Position numbers and translations under genes: made by a program
Shown: in pieces, positions 17,936-26,682 of the stretch
Layout of the letters: each line of letters starts with the position of its first letter
How positions within the stretch are numbered: position 1 is the stretch's first letter
Assembly: GCA_002719775.1 (NCBI GenBank)
Contig: PBEP01000014.1
Span: 1 to 58,815, forward strand
From: Chloroflexota bacterium
GTDB taxonomy: Bacteria > Chloroflexota > Dehalococcoidia > Lucifugimonadales > Australimonadaceae
Direction: 5' to 3'
Length of the DNA stretch: 58,815 bases
The notes under the pieces: generated by a model
What the model saw: only the letters and a program-made list of their open reading frames with translations
Databases searched by the model: none
What the model was told of the DNA's origin: nothing

Positions 17936-19426
17936 ATAGAACAAATACCTCTTTTAATACCAGTTGTCCTCTTGTCTTCCTCACTTCTAGTGTTGCCACT
18001 GGGGTTCTTGAGGGAAGATTTATCATACTGGTTCGCTATGGCGGCAGTATTTCTCTCAACTGCCTTGAGTTTTTTAGGGCTGAACCATGTTCTGGAGAAT
18101 GGTGAAATTAGATATGCTTTGGGCGGTTGGGCTCCACCATTAGGCATTGAGTATGTTCTAGACAACATTTCTGCATTCGTTTCAGTAGTGGTAACCACAA
18201 TTTCCTTACTAGTAATTTATGCTACTCGTCATATTGTTTCGGCTGAAATTTCTGGACACCTTAGCTCGTTTTATTGCTTAGTTTTGCTCCTCCTAGCTGG
18301 TTTAACAGGAATTGTAGTTACAGGTGATTTATTTAATTTATTTGTATTTTTAGAAATCGCTTCATTAGCAGCCTACTCGTTAGTTTTTTTAGGCGGGCGC
18401 CGAGCGATGTTAGCGGGATATCGTTACCTAATCCTTGGTTCTATTGGAGGATCACTCTATTTATTAGGAGTAGCCTTCATCTATTTTTCTACAGGTACGT
18501 TAAATATGAGCGATGTGCTCTATATACTTAATCAACAAGGTGCATCTTCATCTGTTTCCGCAGGAGCCATTTTCATTTTCGCAGGGTTAGGCCTGAAAAT
18601 GGGCCTCGTCCCCTTGCACTTTTGGCTGCCAAATGCATACACAGAAGCTCCTTCCTCTGTTGCATCTCTGATAGCACCTATTATGACAAAAGTAGCAGCC
18701 TATTCAATGTTAAGAATGTTTATAAGTGTCTTCCCTGAAGGTTATCTGATTAACGAAGTGCCGATAGGTCTAATGCTAATCTCACTTGGTTCATTAGGGG
18801 TGCTAGTAGGTTCAATAATTGCAATTAGCCAGTCAAATCTGAGAAGGATGTTTGCATACAGTTCGATAAGCCAACTAGGCCTTATAGCCATAGGTATTGG
18901 GCTTGCAACTCCATTAAGCTTTATTGCTGCGCTCTTGCACATTATGAATCACGCAATTATGAAAGCGCTACTTTTTCTCGTAGTTTCTGATATCAACTCG
19001 AGGTTTAAATCAGAAGAACTCAAATCATTAGTGGGCATCGGTAAAGTAATGAAACTTAATATGATTGCTTTCACAATTGCCGCGATATCTATGATAGGGA
19101 TACCACCCACCGCTGGTTTTTTTAGTAAGTGGTATTTGGCATTAGCTGCCATCGACCTAAATCAATGGCCTGTTCTAATAATCATCTTGGGAAGTAGTTT
19201 ATTAACTGCCGTTTACATCTTTAGGATCTTGGAAAATGTTTTTGTTAAAACAGCTGATTCAGAAAGCAAAAATAATCAACAATCAATCGATTCGAAATTT
19301 GGTGATGCCCATGAACTTTCCCTGCTTAATATAACTCCAGTTTTACTAATTTTAGCAATTTCGATTATTGCGATTGGTATATTTAATATGCTAATCATTA
19401 CTCATATTTTGGAGCCTGCATTGTGA
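17936..19426 (+). CDS. mrpD: Mrp antiporter subunit D (NuoM/N-type), copy 1, with a probable ATA start
   Basis: The track ORF starts at TTG 17972. The same frame upstream reads I-E-Q-I-P-L-L-I-P-V-V-L-L, which completes TM1. That segment parallels the N-terminus MNSIPPFLIPLLGALL of the third D-like paralog. The body carries TGDLFNLFVFLEIASL and HFWLPNAYTEAPS proton-pump motifs. Confidence 0.85.
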   Translation: MEQIPLLIPVVLLSSSLLVLPLGFLREDLSYWFAMAAVFLSTALSFLGLNHVLENGEIRYALGGWAPPLGIEYVLDNISAFVSVVVTTISLLVIYATRHIVSAEISGHLSSFYCLVLLLLAGLTGIVVTGDLFNLFVFLEIASLAAYSLVFLGGRRAMLAGYRYLILGSIGGSLYLLGVAFIYFSTGTLNMSDVLYILNQQGASSSVSAGAIFIFAGLGLKMGLVPLHFWLPNAYTEAPSSVASLIAPIMTKVAAYSMLRMFISVFPEGYLINEVPIGLMLISLGSLGVLVGSIIAISQSNLRRMFAYSSISQLGLIAIGIGLATPLSFIAALLHIMNHAIMKALLFLVVSDINSRFKSEELKSLVGIGKVMKLNMIAFTIAAISMIGIPPTAGFFSKWYLALAAIDLNQWPVLIIILGSSLLTAVYIFRILENVFVKTADSESKNNQQSIDSKFGDAHELSLLNITPVLLILAISIIAIGIFNMLIITHILEPAL

Positions 19427-20916
19427 TAGATGAACTAAAAAACACAATGCCAATAATGATCATTGGGCTAACTATACTCTCTGCGATATTGTCACAAGTT
19501 TTTTCGAACAGGCCCAAATTTCGTGACTATTTATCCGTCTCGATAACAATTTTTGCAATTTTCTTAGTTTTCCCATTGCTTAATGGTGTTCTTAATAAGG
19601 AGGTCATTGAATTTACATTAATTCAAATTTCTCCAGGGCTTAATATTTGCTTATCTGTTGATCCTGCTGGAATGCTTTTTGCAACCCTTGCTTTAGCTTT
19701 ATGGCTGCCAGCAACTATATATTCTATTGGCTACATGCGTGGCCACCATGAATCTAATCAGTCAAGATTTTACTCCGCTTTTGCCTTAAGTATCGGAGCA
19801 GCCGTAGGTGTAGCTTTTTCTTCAAACTTGATCACATTCGTTTTATTCTATGAATTGTTAAGTCTATTTACCTACCCTTTGGTAATCCATAGACAAACTG
19901 ACGAGGCAATTAAAGCGGGCAGGAAATATCTCGCTTACACTCTTACCGGAGGGATTGCTCTAGTTGCCGGAACTGCATGGATTTACTCACTTGGAATCGA
20001 AGCCAAGTTTGAACCTGGTGGTTTTATTAATCCTGATGAAATCGGTCATTCAACTTCGCTTTTCCTTTTCTTTTTACTCTTCTTTGGAGTGTCTATAAAA
20101 GCAGCGGTAATGCCGTTACATAGTTGGCTTCCTAATGCAATGGTCGCCCCTACTCCTGTTAGCGCTTTACTACATGCTGTAGCTGTCGTAAAAGCAGGTG
20201 CATTTGGGGTTTTGAGGGTCCTGATTTTTGTATTCGGTGCTACAACCCTCACTGATATTGGGGTGGCCCCAATAATTTGTGTGCTAGCTTCAATAACTCT
20301 GGTTGCAGGTTCAATGTTGGCGTTAAGACATGATAATCTAAAGAGAAGACTAGCCTACTCCACCATTAGTCACTTGTCTTACATAGTACTAGGAATAGCC
20401 CTACTCGGTCCTTTAGCATTAACAGGTGCTTTACTTCACTTAGTAGGCCATGGGGTTACAAAGATTACGCTTTTCTTTTGCGCTGGGGCTATTGACGTAC
20501 GAACACATAAACAGAATGTAAGCCAAATAGCGGGGATCGGCCGCCAAATGCCCTTCACAATGACCGCATTTACATTAGCAGCATTAAGTATGGCTGGAAT
20601 TCCTCCATTTATTCTATTCACAAGTAAGTGGTTTTTAGGTTCCGGGGCTGTTCAAACGGGTATGTATTTTTATATGTTTGTATACATGTTTAGTGGGGTT
20701 ATTAGTGCTGCCTACTTGTTCCCGATAATTTACCGAGCCTTTTGGGTGAAGTCTCCGGATTTTCCTAAATTTGGGGAGGCTTCAGCAACCATTGTTGCTC
20801 CGTTAATATTTACATCGATTTTAACTTTAGCCTGGGGCTTAATACCTAATTCACCATTTGGTTTTTTTAGCTTGATAGAAATTGTAGTTAGCATTGCATT
20901 TGAGGCTAGGTTATGA
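19423..20916 (+). CDS. mrpD: Mrp antiporter subunit D (NuoM/N-type), copy 2
   Basis: 497 aa with a GTG start overlapping the previous stop. Motifs: HSWLPNAMVAPTPVSALLHA and VKAGAFGVLR. Confidence 0.85.
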   Translation: MIDELKNTMPIMIIGLTILSAILSQVFSNRPKFRDYLSVSITIFAIFLVFPLLNGVLNKEVIEFTLIQISPGLNICLSVDPAGMLFATLALALWLPATIYSIGYMRGHHESNQSRFYSAFALSIGAAVGVAFSSNLITFVLFYELLSLFTYPLVIHRQTDEAIKAGRKYLAYTLTGGIALVAGTAWIYSLGIEAKFEPGGFINPDEIGHSTSLFLFFLLFFGVSIKAAVMPLHSWLPNAMVAPTPVSALLHAVAVVKAGAFGVLRVLIFVFGATTLTDIGVAPIICVLASITLVAGSMLALRHDNLKRRLAYSTISHLSYIVLGIALLGPLALTGALLHLVGHGVTKITLFFCAGAIDVRTHKQNVSQIAGIGRQMPFTMTAFTLAALSMAGIPPFILFTSKWFLGSGAVQTGMYFYMFVYMFSGVISAAYLFPIIYRAFWVKSPDFPKFGEASATIVAPLIFTSILTLAWGLIPNSPFGFFSLIEIVVSIAFEARL

Positions 20917-21152
20917 AAATCGTTTTCATTATTGTTGCCACGGCCTCATTTTTGATTCTCTTAGATTTTATATTTATCTTGAAGCCAGAAAAGATTTTGC
21001 CATTATCAGAATTCAGAGGTTTTTGGATAATATTTTCCCTACTATCCATTTCAATGCTAGCTTTTAGTTTGCCTAAATTAGCTAAGCTCGTGTCTCGTGA
21101 AACTACCTACTATGAAATTGGATCTGAAGTCCAAGAGGTAGAACTTGAATAG
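20913..21152 (+). CDS. Small two-TM membrane protein of unknown function inside the mrp cluster
   Basis: 79 aa with two hydrophobic helices and an acidic tail. It overlaps both neighbours (ATGA at 20913; 8 nt at 21145). Confidence 0.55.
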   Translation: MKIVFIIVATASFLILLDFIFILKPEKILPLSEFRGFWIIFSLLSISMLAFSLPKLAKLVSRETTYYEIGSEVQEVELE

Positions 21153-22833
21153 TATTCCGCCTTTCTTAATCCCTTTATTAGGTGCTTTACTCCTTTATGG
21201 TCTTAAGCCCAAGTTTTGTAATTTGCTATTTGTAGCAATCTGCTCAGTGTTATTTTTTTATTTGTTACTGCTTTTGGACAAAGATGCAAAGGTTGAGATG
21301 ACTTGGCTAAGTCTCACACTAACACCTCTGAAAGTTGATGCTTTAAGCCTGGTATTTGGTTCAGTTTTTTCCTTGCTCTTAATACTTGGGGGAATATTCG
21401 CTTATTACCTAATTGATAAACTCCAGCAAATCGCTGCATTACTCTATGGCTCCGCAGCACTATGCGTTATTTTTGCTGGCGATTTACTAACTTTACTCAT
21501 TGGCTGGGAAGTAATGGCTCTAGCATCGGCAATCCTAATATTCCAAAACAATACGCAAAGCTCACATTCTGCAGCACTGAGGTATTTGTTTGTACACTTA
21601 GTCGGGGGCACCGTACTTCTTTCGGGAATATTATGGTGTTTTGCCGAAACGTTGTCTTTGGAGTTTCGGCATTTCGATTTCGAGCCTTATTCGGTTCTGA
21701 TTCTCTTGGGGGTAGCAATTAACGCTGCAATTGTACCTTTTCATGCTTGGCTTCCTGACGCATATCCAAAAGCTACTACCACAGGGGCCATTTTCTTAGG
21801 CGCGTTAACAACGAAAACAGCAGTATACGTATTGGCTAGAGGTTTTCATGAATGGGAAATCTTAATACTAGCAGGCGTAATAATGGCAGTTTATGGCCTA
21901 GCGTATGCTCTAGTACAAAATGACATCAGGCGCATATTGGCATACGATATAGTTAGTCAGGTTGGATTCATGGTAGCGGCAATAGGTATAGGTGGCCATA
22001 GTGGCATCAACGCTGCTGCGGCACATGCTTTTGCTCATGTCCTTTACAACGCCTTATTATTCATGTCAGTAGGCTCACTGATTTTTGTCGCTGGAAGATC
22101 CTCACTTATCGGACTATTAGGGTTTGGTCGTTCAATACCACTTATCATGATCTTGTACATGATTGGTGCATTTTCAGTTTCCGCACTCCCAGGGTTTGGT
22201 GCCTTTGGAAGTAAGTATTTGATCCTTCATGCAGCAGAAGAACAGCATCTGAACTGGGTTGTGCTGCTCCTATATTTGACTTCGGTAGGCACATTCGTTG
22301 CTGTTGGCCTTAGGGTTCCTTATTTATTATTGCTTAATAAATCGAACTACAAGCCTAAAGAATTACCGGTAGGCATGCTCTTGGGCATGGTGATTACAGG
22401 GGTTTTTTGCATTGGGCTTGGAGTTGCTCCTGGGCTCCTCTTCGAACGGCTACCTTATGAAACTCACATCAGCCCATATAGCATGACAAACATTATGCGC
22501 ACAGCCCATTTAATTGTTTTTGCTTCATTTGCTTTTTGGATTTTCAGGAATAGGTTTTTTCCCGTCGATAAGGTAGTGCTTGATACTGATTGGTTCTACC
22601 GAAAAGCTGGACTCCCTATAAAAACGATTATTCAAATGCCGCTTGAAAGGCTATTTTCATCTACAGAGTTGCTGGTCAACAAAATAACTGATATTGGGAT
22701 CAAGCAATCTGCAGATGAAAAAGGATTCGTAGTAAAGGTAGCATCATCACGCTTTTCATTAGGTATTGCTATCGCAAGCGTAATTCTCACGCTTGGTGCT
22801 ATGACATTAATTATTTTGATAAACAGCAATTGA
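21145..22833 (+). CDS. MrpA-like (NuoL-type) antiporter subunit with C-terminal amphipathic segment plus terminal TM
   Basis: 562 aa with a TTG start. Motifs: GWEVMALASAILIF and HAWLPDAYPKATTTGA. After the last core TM there are about 65 hydrophilic/amphipathic residues and then one TM (SLGIAIASVILTLGAMTLIILI), as in NuoL/MrpA lateral-helix architecture. Confidence 0.75.
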   Translation: MNSIPPFLIPLLGALLLYGLKPKFCNLLFVAICSVLFFYLLLLLDKDAKVEMTWLSLTLTPLKVDALSLVFGSVFSLLLILGGIFAYYLIDKLQQIAALLYGSAALCVIFAGDLLTLLIGWEVMALASAILIFQNNTQSSHSAALRYLFVHLVGGTVLLSGILWCFAETLSLEFRHFDFEPYSVLILLGVAINAAIVPFHAWLPDAYPKATTTGAIFLGALTTKTAVYVLARGFHEWEILILAGVIMAVYGLAYALVQNDIRRILAYDIVSQVGFMVAAIGIGGHSGINAAAAHAFAHVLYNALLFMSVGSLIFVAGRSSLIGLLGFGRSIPLIMILYMIGAFSVSALPGFGAFGSKYLILHAAEEQHLNWVVLLLYLTSVGTFVAVGLRVPYLLLLNKSNYKPKELPVGMLLGMVITGVFCIGLGVAPGLLFERLPYETHISPYSMTNIMRTAHLIVFASFAFWIFRNRFFPVDKVVLDTDWFYRKAGLPIKTIIQMPLERLFSSTELLVNKITDIGIKQSADEKGFVVKVASSRFSLGIAIASVILTLGAMTLIILINSN

Positions 22834-22855
22834 TTGCGATGAACCGGAGGTACTA

Positions 22856-23956
22856 GTGGGTATTGGAATTATTGGTCTTCCTTTGAGTGGTAAAACAACC
22901 ATTTTTAACGCAGTAACTCGAGGACGCGCAGAAGTTGCAAGCTTTAAAGCTGCCGCCCAGCAACCTAATATCGGAGTTGTAAAAGTTCCCGACTCAAGAC
23001 TCGAACCATTATCGGATATAGCAAAGTCTAAGAAAATTGTTCCGGCTGAGATTGAATATCTCGATATTCCTACATCCGCCGAAGGAATAGGTTCATCAAA
23101 GGGGATTGATGGGAATTATTTGAATTTATTGCAGCGTTGCGAAGGCCTAATTATTACCGCAAGGTCATTCGCAAACCCTTCTGTCCCTATTCACAATGAA
23201 ACCATCGATCCTTTTAGGGATATCCAGCTTTTAGTCGATGAATTGGCATTGTCAGATTTATCAATTTTAGAGAGACGGAAGCTCAGGATATCTAATCAGT
23301 TTAAAGGTGCTAAGTCTTCTGAAAAAGAAAATTTAACCAGAGAATCTGAATTAATTAACACGATTTCTGATTCCCTTGAAAATGGAACGCCTGTACGTGC
23401 GCAGAATTTATCAGATTCGTCCACTCCGTATGTCGAAAATTTCCAGCTCCTTACTTCAAAACCATTGATTGTATTGTTTAATATTGACGAGGGCCAAATC
23501 AATGATATCGAAACTATAGAACGAACCATGAAAGAAAAAATTTCAATGCCAGAGACTGCCATGGTAGCAATTTGTGGCAATTTGGAAATGGATTTGGCAC
23601 AAATGAACCCCCCTGATGCTGATGAGTTTCGTGATTCTATGGGGATCAAGCATTCTGCTTTGGATCGAATGATTGAAACATCCTATGATCTTTTGGGTTT
23701 AATGTCATTTATCACTACGGGCGAGGACGAGACGAGAGCATGGACTATCAAGAAGGACACAATGGCAGTTGACGCAGCTGCAAAGATTCATACAGATATC
23801 CAAAGAGGTTTCATAAGAGCTGAAGTGGTTAATTTCGAAGATCTGTTATCGGTAGGAAGCATTGCTGAAGTAAAGAAATTAGGAAAGTTTCGTCAGGAAG
23901 GTAAAAATTACATAATGAAAGATGGGGATGTAGTGAACTTTCTTTTCAACATCTGA
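22856..23956 (+). CDS. ychF: Ribosome-binding ATPase YchF
   Basis: 366 aa with a GTG start, the GLPLSGKTTIFNA P-loop and a C-terminal TGS-type KDGDVVNFLFN. Confidence 0.9.
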   Translation: MGIGIIGLPLSGKTTIFNAVTRGRAEVASFKAAAQQPNIGVVKVPDSRLEPLSDIAKSKKIVPAEIEYLDIPTSAEGIGSSKGIDGNYLNLLQRCEGLIITARSFANPSVPIHNETIDPFRDIQLLVDELALSDLSILERRKLRISNQFKGAKSSEKENLTRESELINTISDSLENGTPVRAQNLSDSSTPYVENFQLLTSKPLIVLFNIDEGQINDIETIERTMKEKISMPETAMVAICGNLEMDLAQMNPPDADEFRDSMGIKHSALDRMIETSYDLLGLMSFITTGEDETRAWTIKKDTMAVDAAAKIHTDIQRGFIRAEVVNFEDLLSVGSIAEVKKLGKFRQEGKNYIMKDGDVVNFLFNI

Positions 23957-23995
23957 TTCTAAATTTCATCAAACTATGAACATTCGGAAAAGAAT

Positions 23996-25255
23996 ATGGT
24001 AAATCACAGTACTTCCAATTACCCTCACGACGGCGACTTATCCCTGTATGTTCATATTCCTTTTTGTGAGACAAAATGCCCTTACTGCGATTTTAATACC
24101 TATGCAGGCATAGAATCGCTAATGCCCAGTTACATCAAGGCACTGAAGTCGGAAATTGAAACTTGGAGCTCAGTACTTAACAAGCCTAGACTGAAAAGCA
24201 TCTTCTGGGGGGGAGGCACTCCGTCATACCTACCCACAAGAGATATATCATCTTTGATGAATTCCATCACAAAGTATTTTGCCCTATCTGATAATTGTGA
24301 GGTAACTCTGGAAGCAAATCCGGGTGACTGTACTCGTGAACGGCTGTCTGCAATTAAAAAAACTGGTTTCAATCGTATAAGTATTGGAGTGCAGTCTCTA
24401 GATGATCATGAGTTACATCTATTAGGACGAAGGCATAGTGCCGATGAAGCCCTTAGCTCGATTAGTTCAGCTCATGAAGCAGGTTTTGAAAATATCAATG
24501 CAGATCTCATATTTGGTCTGCCCAATCAGCCTGTATCCTCGTGGGAACATACACTTGAATCTACTATTACAACGGGGGTAGAGCACATTTCTGCGTATTG
24601 CCTAACTCTTGAATCAGGTACTCCGTTAGAACTTGATGTAAAGTCAGGAAAAGTTCAGGAGCCTGATAGCGATATTGGTGCTGCGATGTACGACCTTGCT
24701 ATAGAGCTCCTTGGTTCAAACGATTTTCAGCAATACGAAATATCTAATTGGTCTAAATCCAAAAAACAAAGTACACATAACCTTGCATATTGGAACTCTG
24801 ACCCGTATTTGGGAGTTGGCCCTGGGGCACATTCGTATTTGTGGCCTAACGGGATGCCTGGGCTTTCTGGAATACCTCAAACCGGCATTCGGTTTGAAAC
24901 AATTAAATCCCCTAGAGCTTATATAGATAATGCCTCATCTTGGAGTCCTTCAAAATTTGCGAATTTTTCATCAGTTATTGAAAAAGCTCCAACAGTTGAA
25001 ACTCATGAATTATTGTTGAAAAAAACAGCAGTATCGGATTTTTTAATGATGGGGCTCAGGTTAAATTCCGGACTCTCAGATGCATTATTTATAAAAAGGT
25101 TTGGGTCCAGGATAAAAGATTGGATTCCGAATGCCCTATATGAATGTATCGAATTGTCACTCGTAGAATGGGTAGACGATCATCTCAGGTTGACCGCTTA
25201 CGGAAGACCTTTAGCCAATGAGGCTTTAAAAAGATTCATGAGGGATTTGGTTTAA
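23996..25255 (+). CDS. hemW: Radical-SAM HemN-like protein (HemW-type heme chaperone / coproporphyrinogen oxidase-like)
   Basis: 419 aa with the CETKCPYCDF CxxxCxxC motif, GGGTPS and a HemN_C-like tail. Confidence 0.85.
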   Translation: MVNHSTSNYPHDGDLSLYVHIPFCETKCPYCDFNTYAGIESLMPSYIKALKSEIETWSSVLNKPRLKSIFWGGGTPSYLPTRDISSLMNSITKYFALSDNCEVTLEANPGDCTRERLSAIKKTGFNRISIGVQSLDDHELHLLGRRHSADEALSSISSAHEAGFENINADLIFGLPNQPVSSWEHTLESTITTGVEHISAYCLTLESGTPLELDVKSGKVQEPDSDIGAAMYDLAIELLGSNDFQQYEISNWSKSKKQSTHNLAYWNSDPYLGVGPGAHSYLWPNGMPGLSGIPQTGIRFETIKSPRAYIDNASSWSPSKFANFSSVIEKAPTVETHELLLKKTAVSDFLMMGLRLNSGLSDALFIKRFGSRIKDWIPNALYECIELSLVEWVDDHLRLTAYGRPLANEALKRFMRDLV

Positions 25256-26682
25256 GAAAGGCCAAATTCCATTTCTACCATTGCTAGGCTTTTATCTACC
25301 ATTTCAACCAGTGCATCGACATCATCTTCTGTTGTAGTCAGAGGTGGTGCTATAAAAAGGTGGTCATTAGCTCGAGTGTAAACCCCTGATTCTGCTAGTA
25401 TCCTTGTTAATCGTTTTGCAGCTCCATCTAACGATGTGAAAGGAGTTCGGTTACCTTTATCTGCCACAAGTTCCAAGGCGCAGAGTAGTCCTATGCCTCT
25501 AGCTTCAATTACAGAATTATGTGATTCTAACTCTTTCAGTTTTGAGATCAGATATGACCCAACTCGTGCGGCGTTGTCCACTAAGCCCTCTTCTTCCATG
25601 ATCTGAAGGTTTACCAAACCAGCTGCACCTCCTGCAGGGTGTCCTCCATAAGTAAAATGGTGGCGATAAGTGACATCCATATCCCCTTTAAATGCATCGA
25701 AAACATGATCGCGGGCGATACATGCTCCTACAGGCCAATAGCCACTAGTAATACCCTTTGCAACTGTCATCAGATCGGGTATAACGTCCCAATTTTGAAT
25801 ACCAAACCATTTACCTGTACGGCCAAATCCATTAATAACTTCATCAGCTATTAACAATAATCCATATTTATCACAAATTTCTCGAAGCAAAGGCCAATAA
25901 TTAGATCCAGGAACCGCTACCCCAGCTGAGAAAGATATTGGCTCTGCTATTACAGCTGCGAATGTCTCTGGGCCTTCGGCTAGGATTATATCTTCAATGG
26001 CAGTTGCACAATCATGGGAAAATTCTTCTAGAGTCTGTGCCCTATCTTCCCTCCAGTAATATTGTGGCTGTGGTGCCAAACGGGTTGTATTGGACATAAT
26101 AGGAGCAAATAGTTCTACAGCATCGACTGCCCTGCTTGTTACGCCGAGTGCTCCTCTTGAAATACCATGATATGAACCTTGCCTTGCAATAAATTTAGCC
26201 CTTTGAGGCTCTCCTCTATTAACATGGTATTGGTAGGCTATTTTCAAGGCAGTCTCTACAGCCTCCGATCCACCGCTAGTGAAAAGGGTCCGATTCAAAT
26301 CTCCCGGTGTGATAGAAGCTAATTTTTCTGCTAGTTGTATGACAGCCGGTGAAGAAGTAGTAAAAGTGTTGCCGTAATGAATTTGCGTAAGTTGCTGATT
26401 AATAGCTTCTACTATACTGGATCTGCCATGTCCTACATTCACTAAAACCAACCCAGACATAGCATCGATGCCCCACTTGCCATTTATCCTTATTCGGATT
26501 CCATCACTCGCATCTGCAATTTCAGGCCCCATCTCCGCAATTTCGTTCCATGGCTGAGTGGGCTGCCAGTAATATCGAAGTGCTGTTTCCTGAAGTTTTT
26601 CAAGTTCGTCGTTATTCTTGTTCAAGGTACTCCTCAATTCGATTGGCCCAGAATATTCAGTGCTGCTCCTGCTTTGAACCAC
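25252..26682 (-). CDS. Class-III (omega-type) PLP-dependent aminotransferase
   Basis: Motifs are SGGSEAVE, ADEVINGFGRTG and TVAKGITSG (PLP Lys). ATG 26682 overlaps the aconitase 3' end by 49 nt. An alternative TTG at 26625 lies 5 nt after an AGGAG that overlaps the aconitase stop and would remove the overlap. Confidence 0.85.
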   Translation of the reverse strand: MVQSRSSTEYSGPIELRSTLNKNNDELEKLQETALRYYWQPTQPWNEIAEMGPEIADASDGIRIRINGKWGIDAMSGLVLVNVGHGRSSIVEAINQQLTQIHYGNTFTTSSPAVIQLAEKLASITPGDLNRTLFTSGGSEAVETALKIAYQYHVNRGEPQRAKFIARQGSYHGISRGALGVTSRAVDAVELFAPIMSNTTRLAPQPQYYWREDRAQTLEEFSHDCATAIEDIILAEGPETFAAVIAEPISFSAGVAVPGSNYWPLLREICDKYGLLLIADEVINGFGRTGKWFGIQNWDVIPDLMTVAKGITSGYWPVGACIARDHVFDAFKGDMDVTYRHHFTYGGHPAGGAAGLVNLQIMEEEGLVDNAARVGSYLISKLKELESHNSVIEARGIGLLCALELVADKGNRTPFTSLDGAAKRLTRILAESGVYTRANDHLFIAPPLTTTEDDVDALVEMVDKSLAMVEMEFGLS

